DNA of 63,932 nucleotides, counting the filler, from Choristocarpus tenellus KU-1152 (Eukaryota > Protista > Phaeophyceae): NCBI GenBank assembly GCA_964200185.2. It is 14 parts of 14 records of this genome, joined end to end, with 100 filler letters (N's around TTAATTAATTAA, not from the genome) between each part and the next. Parts side by side here need not be neighbours in the genome. Positions count along the whole stretch, not along the records: positions 39,958 to 48,072 come from CAXNAD020005125.1; positions 48,173 to 52,915 come from CAXNAD020013243.1; positions 53,016 to 58,454 come from CAXNAD020010772.1; 11 more parts are not named here. The stretch is one strand, 5' to 3'. The translations under genes and the position numbers were made by a program. Shown here in pieces: positions 39,996 to 53,289 of the stretch. Within the stretch, counting starts at the first letter, position 1, and each line of letters starts with the position of its first letter. The notes under the pieces are model-generated. The model ran no database searches and was not told the origin of the DNA. It was given only the letters and a program-made list of their open reading frames with translations.

Positions 39996-40551
39996 ATCAG
40001 ATCTAACCAGTCCATCATGATGTTGAAGGTCGCCTAGGTGCCTGACCCCCAGGCATTTTGAAAATTTCCTTATTGAATTGATCAGGAAGTACTCCCTTGG
40101 CTGTTTCCACGCTCCCAAAAGTGAAGCTGTATTGCGGACAATGAACCTGGGGAATAGTGTGGTGTTTCTGAGCAGGATACCATATTCCCACTTGGTCTCG
40201 ACGACTTCTTCATTTAACCCCTTCCTCCTCAATGAGGCTCAAAGTATCCGGGGCCAATTTTTTCATGTCGCGATTTTTTGGCGATTTGGTTCCATAAGTC
40301 GGATGGATAATGAAAGTGCCCTTTTCTTGGTTTGACCCAAACAGACACCCCGATGTAGACCCCCCCCTCTTCCCCAGATACTTTGGGTCTGAAGTTGAAG
40401 TCACCGACACGAAAAGGGTACTCTCTATCCTCTCCAGCGCTTGATCAATGTTACCCTTCATACCCAAGAAGGCACGCGTCGTGGCTAACCAGTGGGCATA
40501 ATTATTGTCCGACAATTGGAGAAGCTTAGCCTGAAATCCCTCTGAGGTCAT
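39996..40551 (-). pseudogene. Copia-like gag N-terminus, decayed and interrupted by family B MITEs
   Basis: LLQLSDNNYAHWLATTRAFLGMKG resembles the copia gag N-terminal motif (LxxxNYxxWxxxMxxxL), followed by ASLLGAWKQ. Confidence 0.6.
40236..40389. mobile_element. MITE family B (154 bp) in copia gag
   Basis: GGCTCAAAGTATC...GATACTTTGGGTC with TSD TGA. Confidence 0.92.
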
Positions 40552-42094
40552 GGGTGCAGTCTACCTACCTAGCCACTCCAGTCCTAGGTGAGCCTCCTCT
40601 AACTATAATTTTTTTTTGACGCTCAATTTGCTGTAAAGCTTCGCTCCTGGGTTACATGGAAAATATAAACCAAAAATGAAATAACTTATCTGGTGTTGCT
40701 TGCGTCTGTCTTACTACCTGACGCACTTACAAACTGACTCATCATCCCACTGTGCATCATGATACTATAGGTTGGAGGCACAGAAGGGCAGTGGTGTATC
40801 ATAGCTGGGAGTAAAATAGTTAATAGATGAGAGAAAAAGTTTTTAACATTTACACAACTAACTTGTTACTTTTTCAGGGGTTGTTCTGATATTTCACTGT
40901 TTTTTCATTATTTTTTTGCCTGAGACATCTGGAAAATGGCAGAGGGTATAATTTTAATAATACTATTTCGTATTGGACTTAACATTCATTAAATAAACAT
41001 ACATGAAACTGCCATACAGTGTTAAATGCTTTGTATCACCACACACAACATGAACATAATGCTGGTAACCAGCTAGCACCGTGATGGTATCCCCTTGTCA
41101 GTTAGAGAATACAATGAATTAATGACATTTTGTTCTCAAGAGAGAAGACCAAACAGGTAGTGCACATGGCCCTGAAGATCCAGAAAACCTATGGACTGTA
41201 CAGGGACTGCAATATGTCAACAGCTCCTCCCTCCTCAGAAGATGCAACTGATGAGTATATAGACACACCTGAGTTTGACTCTGACAATGAAAGGGTTAGT
41301 TTGAAAGAGTAATATACTTAATGCTAACTGAGGGTGCAGGTGGTGGGGGTGGCCTGCTTCAACCAATTTGGATAATGAGGAAGCTTGATGGAAGGGTAGT
41401 ACGATATTTTCATCTCCTCCTGCTCCTCTCATGGTGGTGTTACACTGCTCTTATTTTTTTCGAAGTAATAGTAAATAGTGAACAATTCATAGTGAATTTC
41501 TTGGTGAGAGCTGTCTAGTGTTTTATGTAGTTGTACTAGTAACAATAAATGATAATCAATCGTCCTCTTCCTTTTCTCTATCGCTCGATATTTTCATTGA
41601 CAGCCAGATCAACCCTTGGTTGATGTATCGGACATGTGTGTGGCAAGTAATCTCAAAAGTTCATCTATGGTAGTAATAGAGTTCGATTATTACAAGACAG
41701 CACTGATTGGCCACTCACTCTAGGACGGTTATAGCATTATGCCTTCACCGCATCCATACTACTACTCTTTACCATTTATTGTACTAGAATAAGTTATGAT
41801 GGTTATGATGTGGTACAACATTCTGGGGTGTTATTAATATCACAACACTTTGGAGAGTGTTAGGCTGTAACACTATAACATTGATAACACAATATATTGT
41901 TGTGTTATTGAAGGTGTGCTGTGCCATATTATAGCTCCCCCGGAGGTTCAACCTGTCCCGAAGACGGTTCTTGGTTTTTGGGGTTGTTGGGGTTTTCTCT
42001 CGTCCCACAACTGAAACGAGATTGGAGTAGGTTTCAGATCTAGGACCTGGGAGGTCACCTCCGGTAAGAGATACATATACTCCAGGAAGGAGAA

Positions 42095-45000
42095 ATGGAC
42101 ACTTCGTGTTTAGGTGCCCGTCGGAAGCATGATGAGGTACTGGAGACGTCTTCTGTGGACGAAAAGCGATTGAAAGTGGACGGGTTGACCAAGATCGGCA
42201 TCCCTCCTTCGACTCAACTTGGTGTCTCACCTCAATTGGAAGAAGGTAAATGACTTGGATTTCATCGTATGTTGTGAGCTTATATCTTAATTTTCTAGGG
42301 TTTCTTGATGCTGATTGCTGAAAGAGCCGTGTGTTTGCACAGCGCTTGTCCTGTATATGGAGCGGACTCTGTCACAACCCCCCCATGGCGAATATGCAGG
42401 TGGAGTTTTGTGTAGTGTGGGAGCAAGCTGTCTCCCAACTTCGAATGCGTTATTCACGGAGATGAAGAGGAACGAGGACACATTATTGAGCCCGTTACCT
42501 TCGCCCATTGAGGGAGCGCAGGGTGACGTGGAGGGGTCAACTGTCGTTTCATACGGGTCAGTCACGGACCTTCACCAGGAGAAGCTCGGGAACAATTTAC
42601 GGGAGGCGGCGGCTAAGGTGAGCGATATACCTTCACCGGCTAACATTAATGGAGGGGGGGGTGCACCGGCGTCGTCTTGCGTTGCTCCTTCGCCAACTTC
42701 GGACGGAATGAACGACCTCCACCAAGCCAAGGCCACAGATACGGTGTCCATCCCCTCCGTTTGCGAAGATGAAGGGGCAGGGGGGAAACCTGCGACGCCG
42801 TGTTTATCTGCTGTGCCACTTTTAGGGCGAATGCTCAACCTTCGTTCAGTGAAGGCCAAAAGGAGGTCAACGGTTGCTGTGACTGGGGCGATGGGCACCT
42901 CTTCTGCCTTGGGAAATGGAGGACAGGGAAAGTCTGCGGTACGTAATGCTGTGGGGATGCCTTCAGGGAGAGTTCTTGACCTTCGTCAGGTAAAGGCAGT
43001 TTTGCCCAAGCCGATGACTTCAACGATGAAGACGGTGACCGAACCTGTGGTGTCCGTTACAGGAAATCAGGGTATAGCAGGGCCGAGTACCTCAGGGGTC
43101 TCAGATAGGCCACCGAAGATCGATATCCCTGCTGCTACTAGAATGATAAATTTCAAGCTCGCACCTAACAAGAGTAGGCACTGGCAAAGGGAGGCAGCGA
43201 AGAGGTTAGCAAAGGCCCAGATAAGGGGCATTGCCCTTGAACACGACCTGAAGGTGAGGTTCCTTGACGAGGAGGAGAACGACCCTGCCTCTGGTAGTGC
43301 CGGGAAACTTGAAAAAGATGAGATCTCTTACAACACCAGTGACAGTGATCCCCTCGTGGACAACAGTAGCAACAGTCCTGGATCTGCTGATTCCCCTGGA
43401 ATCAATACTCCCATTACCACAGCAGCACTGAGAGCAGCCAGAAGCAGTAGAATGAACAGTGTGGGTGCTTCTCCCTTGCTTGAGGCACCACTTACCACAG
43501 CAGCCCTCAGAACTGCAAGGAGAGAAAATATGAGCAGTGGTGGACTCTTTGACTCCCCTCGAACCCTTATTGGGGCTGCCCTGCGAGCTACAATTGCTAC
43601 CCCAAGTTCCGCCAAGGTTGCAACAGGGACAAATGTGCTTGAGGCCAATACAGTCATCTCCCACACTTCAGTGATTGAGACTGAGCTTGAGGAGAGTCGA
43701 ACTAGGACGCCAAACAATGACCAGGTGAGGAATAATTGTTTTCGTCTCTTTGTCAGCCCCCCCTTCTATTTACAAGCTGCTATGGACAGGGCCTCGGGTA
43801 ATAGACTCCAAATGTATTGGAGAACTCCCTCAAATGGTCATTGCATCCTCTAACAAAACTCAATTTCTTTGTCTACTGTTATTGATGCCTATACATACTG
43901 AGCACTGAGGGGGTAAATCCAGCTTGGATGTGGAGGTTGTCCTTGTGTTTGCATCTATCCCTTCTCAGTCTTTGTGTACCTAAGATGAAGTCAATATTTT
44001 GTATGTTTCATTCACCACGTTCACGTATTCTGTCTGACTGGGATAATTGCTGACAAACCCAGGAGGACATTGCAGCCACGGCTGTGCCAGAGGTGGTGCT
44101 GGATTCTTCTGGACTCAACCAGACATCTGGGAAGGTTTGCTTGTTGGAGAAGGAAAAAGTTTGTACTTTGACTCTTGAACGACCAGGAACAGAGGACGAT
44201 GCCGGCACTGCAAAGTCAGGCAAGTTGGGTAGCTTGTGTGATACCTTTAGTAGATCTCATTATTGTTTGTGAAAAATACTTTTTTCCTTGAGGGGGAACT
44301 TGACATTCTTCTGTGGAGGCTTTGTTAGAGTACTGCTTGATTGCCCATGAATCGTTTTGAGATTTTCCTAGTCAGAGTTTATTGGGGGTTCTTGGAAATC
44401 ATGCATTTAAAATGGGATGAATTGATGTTTTCAAGGTACTCATTCTTTCAGCAATTTGTTTTCGATTTGAAGTAGATATTAATCAGGGTAATCATTTTAC
44501 TGATAGTATATAATGAAAGTGCATTACATTTTTTTTATTGTTGTACAACACTTAATTGTTCAATATTCAGCAAAAATATTAAATTTTCAGATCTTTTTGT
44601 ACTACTCTGTACATAACAGAGTTTATTACGTGCTTTTTTTTTGTTCGTCAAAAGATATAATTTTTGCAATTTTCTTCAACAATGAATAGTGTATTATAGA
44701 TTTGCTAAAATCAGAAGTCAGTCAGGGCTGTGGGTCAGATATTATAATATTAAATTCGACAGGGCTGGCATGGGAAACAGGTGATGGACCTGGGCCTGGA
44801 TGGGTTAAAAAGTAATGACAGGACAGGGCTGTGGCCTGGCTCAAGTGATAGACCTTTTGACAGGACAGGGTCAGGAGTTCAGAAAATGTGATGGGACTGG
44901 GCCACAGGTCGGCCTGCAGCCCTGTCCCCCCAGGCTGGCTGGGCTAACTGCCGGTCCGGTGTAAAGCCCTAGTATAATGTTGTGCCACATCCAGTTTTTG

Positions 45001-47840
45001 TTGGCCATAATAAAATACTTGCAGTGACTTGGGTTTTTACTTGCCTCTCTGGCATGAGGCCCAGTTGTACCAAGTGCGCAGTGTTTTCTTCTTGGGGATT
45101 TATTTGTCGCCCCCTGAAAAAATGTTGTCGATTTCATTCCACAACATGGTGTTAAATACAAAAATATTGTGTAAGGAATTGAGCTTTCTGTAAAAACAAT
45201 TTAGACCTATTTCGTCTGATTTTTTTCAGAAGTGCTTGAAGACAACACAACATCGACTTGGGAACAACACATGACTTGCAGCAACCAGATGATGTCTCAT
45301 ACTGCTGGTTGCACTACGAAAGGGTCATTTAGATAGATCTGAGAGTAAAGAATGGCTCTTGAACTTCCATATGAGTTGTTCAATATGCAATGTGTTTGTG
45401 TTATTGTGGCCCAATTTTGTGTCTAAAGGTTGTAGCACTGCTGAGTAACCAAACAGGATACCTCATAGCTGTGCGACATACCTTTGTATGTTTCCTTACT
45501 CTTAGGAATAACTTCTTAATAAGTACATCTACTGCCTGGTTTCCTCATCTAGATTTCAAAGAACATTTACGTTCATCATCACATGCAACAGGCTTCCTGC
45601 TGGACAAGGTTGAACCAATTTTATCTCTGAGTTGACTATTGGACTGAACAAAGGCTTTGAAAATGACATCTATACATGGAGGGGCTCCGTACTGCGCTAA
45701 TGTAGTGTGAGAGTACAGTCATTTGTATCATTTCCTCCATTTTCCCTTTGTTTTTGGTGATCTTGTTATTTCTGCTGCAGACATGTCCCGTAGATGACTA
45801 CATCACAAGCAGAGCTTACCAGATAGATGGAATAAGTTCTTTCTCCGGCAGTTTTTTTCCTTGCTGATATCTGTGCCTCATGTGGAGAGGTGGGATTTCT
45901 AAAAGATCAAAAAAGGAAAACACTGACAAAAGCTGAAGTGTTTAAGAGTTTGTAGATAGCTGCCCATTAGAGCTATTGCATAGTTTGCCCTCCTTTGTTG
46001 TTCTGAGATATTGATGTGCCCCTTGATACCTCCCAACAGATGCACCACCTCACCTCTTAATTACACGGTAAGATCTGATCAATGTGACCCTCCTGCCCAT
46101 TCTCCTGTACTCCTTCTACCTCTTCTACCTCAGATTTGCAGGCAGCAACTGAAGAGAGCAAAAGGACTGATGCTGAGAAGGATATGACTGCATCACCCCC
46201 TGCCACTTTGGTGGACAGCATAGCTGTTGGGACAAAAATGATGAGGACAAACAGTGCTCCCAAGGTTAGGTTCATTGTCTCTGTTGACCCCCTGTACCTT
46301 TATTTTGCCCTGTGCCTTCCCTGCTTGACCCTGCCACTGTTTGAAAACTGCATTTAGTGTATGATGTCAATTGATTGCTCTGTGGGCAATGTATATTTGC
46401 AGGTGTGACAACACAAACTATTATGGCTAAGGAGGCTGCAATTCCTTTTTAAATGATTGTTGAGTTTTTTCAAATTTGATGTTTATATACAGTATTGATA
46501 CTTATTTCTTGTCACAAGAATCTTCTCTAGTTTTATTTTAAAACAGCATGTTCTTGTTCTTGCTCTCATTTATTCTTGCAAAGCATGGGGTTCATTTTGC
46601 ATGATCTTGATATTATGGTAGAAGTAGAACATTAATAAATAAATAAATAATATCTTTTTGTGCCCTCTTAAATTGAAAATGTGGATGCGATATTGAAAAT
46701 ATTTGGTTTTCCTCTGGAAACGCGCGTGAAAAGAAAGTTTGAAGATGATCGTTGGTTCCAGTTACTTCCTTACAGTTAAGTTCAATTTTGGTATTTCACT
46801 AAAGTGACCCTACCTTAAGAACCAGATATGATCTTTACAAGTAGGACCTAATGTAGAAACCTGGGGCGATCTTACGCTATTTTAAACACTTAAAGGAGGG
46901 GTGTGTGAATTTTTTTATGTGATAATAAAGCGTACAGCATCCCCAAGATATTTGTGTACCTGTGTTGGGTCAAGAAAACATGCCTCTGCTGGTTTTAGAC
47001 CAATCACACAGTGTATACTTCTAAAGTTGCATGGCATTGAGTACTCCAGCACTACCTCTGGTCGCTTTTAAGACATAGTTCTGTTTGTCTTATTTCTCAA
47101 GAAACCATCCCAAAGGTGATGATAGGTTTCTTGACCAGATCAGCTTCTACAGTTACAGAGAGTTTTGTGTCTGTGGCCTACAACATCAACTTGTAGAATT
47201 AATGAGTTTGTCTGTACATAAGCTACCCTCCACTATTTGACACCTTGTGTCTAGTTCATGTCCATTTCTCTAAGTATCAGTATGATGGGGTATGGGTTTT
47301 AACCCCTCTGCCAGGTATTGGGACTGTAGCACCTCCCTGAGTCTGCACCAGGCACAGCAGTACAAATAGCAGTGAGAGGTAAAGTTACAGAGGTTGAGAG
47401 AAAAGAACATGGGTTGAGGTTACAGGGTTTTGTGGGAGTTGTTTGAGAGAACCATCAGCAAAGGAGCAGGCGGTTGCTTGTGTACAGATGTGTATATTTA
47501 CAGGCATCAGATGGTGTAGGTCAGACCACAAATGTGAAAGTTTTTGTAGATGTACAATTTTGTCCTGTCAAGCAATACCTAAATCATGTTCATTTTTCTT
47601 CACTCTAATGCTACATCGTACTACTGTTCACACTGTTGTCTCCTGTGCAGACTGACAAGGGTACTACAGCCCCAGTCCCTGACAGTGGTACCAAACGTTT
47701 AACATCTAAGAGGCCTGCAAAGGTGATTGGGCGGATACCTGCAGGGATTCGTCCGCTTGCAAGTAAACCCAAACTTGGTGACAGCAGTGCTCCACAGTTG
47801 AGGGCACGAGTTAGCGGGGGTAGCGCCGGTACTGCATCAG
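42095..47840 (+). CDS. Unknown low-complexity (S/T/A/P/G-rich), probably nuclear protein; first five coding exons
   Basis: Exons 42095-42245 (ATG start; RRKH-x11-KRLK bipartite NLS-like), 42400-43724, 44063-44219, 46134-46264 and 47651-47840. Phases chain 1,0,1,0. The gene continues past the contig end. Confidence 0.8.
44723..44971. mobile_element. Decayed hAT-like MITE in intron
   Basis: CAGGGCT...AGCCCTA termini and a GC-rich interior with repeated gggc(c/t)gg-like motifs. No 8-bp TSD visible. Confidence 0.4.
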
Positions 47841-48615
47841 GTGAGCAGAATTTGTGCGTGGGATTGGGTTACTTGTCTTACAGGGCTGTGGACAAGAGTG
47901 GGCAAGAGTGAGCAACTGATTGAAGACCGATAACTGTGTTAGATGAACAAGGAACTGCAGTCTCTGCTAGTGTATTGGTTGATTGTGAGGGTTATATATC
48001 TTTTGTTATGTTGATATTGGACGGATAAACCGTAAGGATGGGATTACATTCTGTCTTGACCCCAACCCCCCCNNNNNNNNNNNNNNNNNNNNNNNNNNNN
48101 NNNNNNNNNNNNNNNNTTAATTAATTAANNNNNNNNNNNNNNNNNNNNNNNNNNNNNNNNNNNNNNNNNNNNGAAGCATTGGGCAGGCTGATGCATTGAT
48201 GGGAGGTATTAGACTCACCTCGATGCGGGCATTGCCTAGATTTTGGATAGGAAGTAGCTCTGTTTTAAGTAGCTCCATTCGAAGCTACATCAAGGCAACT
48301 GGGCCGTACTGTGCCCATCACAATAGAAAACCAGTATAGTGTGAGAGAAAAATATTAAAGGAATCAATGATGAAACCAGCCCAATATAGTATCCACAGTG
48401 TGGAGGTCCCTGATCCTTGCCCACAGGCAACATCCTCCTTGCCATTCATTGCGTGGTTCCAAAGTTGGTTTATGTTCAACTCAGGATAACATGAGATCCA
48501 GTCGGACCATATATTTGCACCACAACATCTTGCCATCCTGAAAGAAGAACATTTTACGCCGAATTGGGGAGAAGACTATATTTCCTTGCACTACGACAAT
48601 TTTCGCTCCTTTTTG

Positions 48616-48796
48616 GTATGGGGGTGGCGGCTGTCTATTTGGGGTCAATTTTTTCATATCGCGATTTTTGAGTAATTTGGTTGCCATACGTCGGATGGAT
48701 AATGCAAATTCATCTTTCTCGATTTTGGTCCAAATGGACACCCTCGTGTAGACCCCCTCCATCCCCCCTGATACATCCCCCCTGATACTTTGGGTC
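48616..48796. mobile_element. MITE family B, one TIR eroded
   Basis: Reverse-complement collinear with 14159-14337; ends GATACTTTGGGTC. Confidence 0.85.
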
Positions 48797-48899
48797 TCCA
48801 AACTCTTAAAGTGGGGACTTGGGGGGGGGTGGTATCCACGTCTCGGAAGGTGGGAGGGCGTTATATTTGTTACCAACGATATGTGCCTGCTGTTGCTAT

Positions 48900-51800
48900 C
48901 GGTTTGTATAGCAAGGGTTGTACACCTTCCCCATCCCACTTGACAATCATTGGCCAGCAAGGCGGGACCAGTGGGTGTCAGTGCTACCACAACACATGCA
49001 AAGGACGTCAGAGATCCCAAGGCCAGGATTGTTATGCCGGATGATAAAAGGTAGAAGGGGAGAGGAAGGTGAAGGGAGTGATGAACTTGAAGAGTGGTTG
49101 GGGGTCTGGGAGAAGTTGGAAAGAGAGAAGAAATTTGAGTTTTCACTGATGGGGTTGAATGACGTAGCAAACAGAAAGGAGGCGTTGCTTGAGGAGTGTG
49201 GGGGGGATTTGGGGAAATTTGTGGACATGCTGGGTAAGAGGTGGAGCCCTGAACATTTAAATTGGGAAAGGATTGAAGGTAATTTTGGAAAGAAGGTAGG
49301 GTTCCCACAGAGAGACTTCAACAAGTGGTGTAAAGGGGGAAGGTAGAGTTGATAGGAGACTGGAGTATGGAAATCATAGGAGTACAAGAAGTCATTGTAA
49401 AGCATTACTAGAAAAGTGGGGTATGTGATCCAGGGTAGAGAGTGTTTCCAAAAAGGGCAAGGGGAAAGAGTCGGGGTTTGCAGGTGTTCCCAGTTAAAGT
49501 AACCCAAGAACCAACGAAAGTCAGGATAATTTATTATTTGTCGTGTGAACAACAGAGTTGAAAAATGCCCCCCCTGTACATTGTGGGACTGTTCTGAAAG
49601 AGGCGATTAAGAGGATGGTAGGATTAAGGAAAAAGTTTCCCAAGGTGAGATTCCTTTCGCCAAGTACCAGTGGAACCAAAGGGGACAGCGAGGTTTGGGT
49701 ATTGTGTTGAAGATCTGATAGTGATCGACTTTAGGCCCCAATTTGGTTGGAAGAATAGCACATGATGGTGGAACCTAATGACAAGCGCCTTAGAACTTCC
49801 TCTGTAACACAGACCCCCAATCGGCAGTAGTACTCAAGGAAGCAGAAGGAATTGTTGTAGGGGTAAGGCATTCTCAGCAGAAGCGTAAGAGGGAGGTTAG
49901 TGCTTTAGATGAGACATGGAAAGATCTTGAAGTAGTAAGGGGAGTAGAGGACTCTTTCTTTCCAAGAATTTATGTCGATAGTATTCTAGTAGGGCCAAAT
50001 GGTTTTGAGGATGGGAGTAGATTGAATTTAGCAACTAACTCCTTAGTTTCAGATCACATAAGATTGCTAGGCCAGAGACAGGCAGAGGAACCCCCCGATC
50101 TTGTCAGCGAAGAAGTTGACGGGATGGTATACCACGTAGGTAGTAGTGGGATGGAGGATAGATACTGAGATAATATCAATTGCTTTACCAGACGAAAAGT
50201 TGAAGGGGTTGAAGTTATTGCTAGAAGAGCGCCCAGAATCAAGGTCAGTAGCCAGAGTGAAATATGTGTGGGTGTTGCTAAGGAAACTGTTTCACATGTT
50301 GTATGTTTCACACCCAAGGAGATTTTTTCTTTGGTGGCTGGTGTATCTGTCGGGGTTACACCAGAAGGGGGGTTGGTTGAGAAGTATAACTAGTTGGGGG
50401 GTCAGGGAGAACAGAGGGAGGGAGTGAGGGAAGGAAATAGGGAGACCAATATAGGTAAGGAATTTAAGGAAGACTTGTATTGGTGGGAGTGGGTGGTAGA
50501 ACGAGGCTTGGCAGAGAAAGGGAAAAGTCTGAGTTCCCTCTTTATGGATTTTGTGGCAAGACCACCAGTGACGACATGGTATTTAGATGTGTCCTTTACA
50601 GCTGTAGGAGGGTACAACGTGGAGATAGGTAAGTGGTGGAGGTATGAGAGCCAAAGTATCTTAGAGGGTAGAGCCGAGACCATTTGGGGACCAAAATCCA
50701 ATGTTGCGATTTTTTTTTTTAGTATCATGTTTGTCAGGAAGAGTCAATATCTATGTTCCGGACACATCTTTTCATAAAGTATACATTTTACCTACTCCAA
50801 ACATTTTGGAGTAGGAAAACGCCATAAAAAAACCCATGGGAAGCCAAGCCCCTAATGGATAAACAGGGCAAAACTTGTACCCTCTAAGATATTTTCACTC
50901 TAATTTCCCGAAGTGTGTGAAGAAGGATATTACACAGAGTGTGATTAGAGGAGAGGGAGTACATCAATCAATGTACTGGAATTGTTGGGGATGGTAGTGA
51001 ATGCGTGGTTATTGGTCATGAAGATAAGGGGAAGGGCAAAGAAGAAGGGAGATCTAGTACTGCTAGGAGGGAACAACAACTCTGCAGAGGACTGGTTCCG
51101 TAAGTGTGAGGGGGTAAGAGATGGTAGGGTGGGTGGATTGATGAGGATAATGGGAGCGTTGTAGATAGTAGTGGAATGGTCGTTTGCAGTGGAACACGTT
51201 GCAGGGAAGAGGAACGATTTGGCAGATGGTATATCAAGATGAGATAGGAACGAGGTTCAATCTAACCTTCAACATGCTTGTCCACACGTTGAATGGCAGG
51301 AACAGCCTCTGGGTCGGGAAGGGGAGATGATGTGTTTGAGTTCCTTGCAGCGCTGTACACCAGAGGATCAGTTTCACCATCTACTCAGAAGTGTTATGAG
51401 ACATCTTGGGAGCAGTGGTCTGAGTTCCGTACATACAGAGGATTGAGTAGGTGGTTAGACACCAGAAGTCGAGAATAGGATGTGGTGAAGGTTCCAGCGG
51501 AGTTCATGTGTTATCGTTGTGGGAGTAAGGTAAACCAAGTAATGGTAAGATTTCAGCAATCCAGTATTATCACAAACAATTTCTGAACTTCCAACTTCCC
51601 ACGCAACACTTGATGATTCACTCAGTGCTAAAGGGGATGGGGAGGAGTCACACGAAAATAGGCAGCCAGCCTAAGAAGAAGAGATCCTTGACATGGAGAA
51701 TGATTGTAGAAACAAAACATTGTATTGAAATGTTAGGGAGGGTGAATTGACAAGGATAGGATTGGGTTTCTCCTTTTTCTTCCCAGCAAGAGCATCAGAG

Positions 51801-52620
51801 GTATGGGCTTATGATGAAGGGGGGAGTACATGGAGATTTTGCAATAAGGAGGAGGGGAGTGGAGAGACTGAGGTGGGAGGATAGATGCCAAGCAGAAAAA
51901 ATGAGGTAACATTCACAGGGTCCAAAGGAGAGAGACAGGGCAAGAAGGGAGCAGTGTTGACAAGGTTTAATGTGGATGAAAAAGAGGGGAAGATAGTATG
52001 GGAGGTTTGGAAGTATTAGCAATTATGGAATGCTTCCCAGAACTCCCCCCTGCCCTGATGCTCCACTAATGACATTTAGGGAGGGAAAGAGATGGAGGGT
52101 GATTACGAGGGGTCAAGTATTATGTGTCCTTAGAAGAATAGTAAAGGAACTCAGGTTGAAACAGATATGAGCTCAGGTTTTTAAAAAAGAAGAAAAAGGA
52201 TGCACAGTACGAGGACAGCCTTTCACCTCACCACACCCAGCGGGGGGGAAAGGGAGGGGGAGGAGAGGGGGGGGGGGGGGGGGGGGGGGGAGGGTTTGCC
52301 GTCGGGGGGGGGAAGGGGGGGTTGGGGGTTGGGAACCCGGGGGGGATGAGGGGNNNNNNNNNNTTCACCTCACCACACCCAGCGGGGGGGAAAGGGAGGG
52401 GGAGGAGAGGGGGGGGGGGAGGAGAGGAGTATGCTTTGCATTCGGGTAGGATAAGGGGAGCTACGAGATTGGCAACCACGGGGGTATCAGAGGTAGTAAT
52501 ACAGAGGGAGGGGAGATGGAAGTTGGGCGCATTCATGGTATACGTCAGGGTCAACCAGAGGGACTTGGTGGGGGTTTTGAAGGGTCTGACAGACAGTAGG
52601 AAGGACTGGGTTCAACCAGG
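48900..52620 (+). mobile_element. Tyrosine-recombinase retrotransposon (Ngaro/DIRS group), decayed: RT-RNase H-YR
   Basis: YGNHRS, KVRIIYYLS, IYVDS (YxDD), GWRIDTEIISIALPDEKL; RNase H WYLDVSFTAVGG, SINVLELLGM, HVAGKRNDLADGISR; YR SPSTQKCYETSWEQW, KISAIQYYH, YALHSGRIRGATRL...IQREGRWKLGAFMVYVR. Confidence 0.9.
50648..50900. mobile_element. MITE family A, full length, in the RNase H of the YR element
   Basis: GAGCCAAAGTATCTTAGAGGG...CCCTCTAAGATATTTTCACTC with flanks TGA/TAA. Removal with 3 nt restores KWWRYDFP. Confidence 0.9.
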
Positions 52621-53289
52621 GCAGGAGGTAACGGGATTAACTAGAAGAGAAACCAACAATGAAGGGGAGTTCGGGTGGGGTAGATGTCTTCTAGATCTGA
52701 AACATGGAATGAAGTGGTTGAAGGGGTGTTCTTGGATTATTGTGGAGTGGTATTGAGTGGTGTGGTGGAGTGGTAAGTGGGGTGGGGTCGAGTGGGGTTG
52801 AAGTGTGGGGAATTAGTGACGAAGGGGGTTTGCACTGGTTGGTCATCAGAGGTGGGCGTTGGCTGGAAATCAGTGGTGAAAGGGGTTTGCATTGGTTGAC
52901 CATGGCAAAGGGGGGNNNNNNNNNNNNNNNNNNNNNNNNNNNNNNNNNNNNNNNNNNNNTTAATTAATTAANNNNNNNNNNNNNNNNNNNNNNNNNNNNN
53001 NNNNNNNNNNNNNNNACTCACCAAGTCCGCCTTTCTACACAAACCACAAGTGCCGGAAGTGCGGTGGGTACCTCCATGATATATGTGGTGTAAAGGATCC
53101 CAAACTCGATGATGACTGCAACGTTTGTGTGAGGGGCAGTGCTTGGCACTGCGGCAAGTCGCGGGCGCTGACAGCAACAGCACATTGTTATTGGCTTCAT
53201 CGCTCGACTCGCTGAACGTTAGCTCGTCTGATACTGCAGCAGGCAGCCACGGGCAGAAATCTACTGCCCCTTCCAGGAGGGGCCATGGA

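Noticed and set aside
48481-49552. 275-aa and 201-aa minus-strand ORFs; likewise the Pro/Gly-rich ORFs at 52228-52756
   Set aside because: Antisense shadows of the purine-rich YR retroelement and a MITE, or homopolymer artefacts around a gap. Only the YALHSGR…YVR part of 52322-52756 is real.
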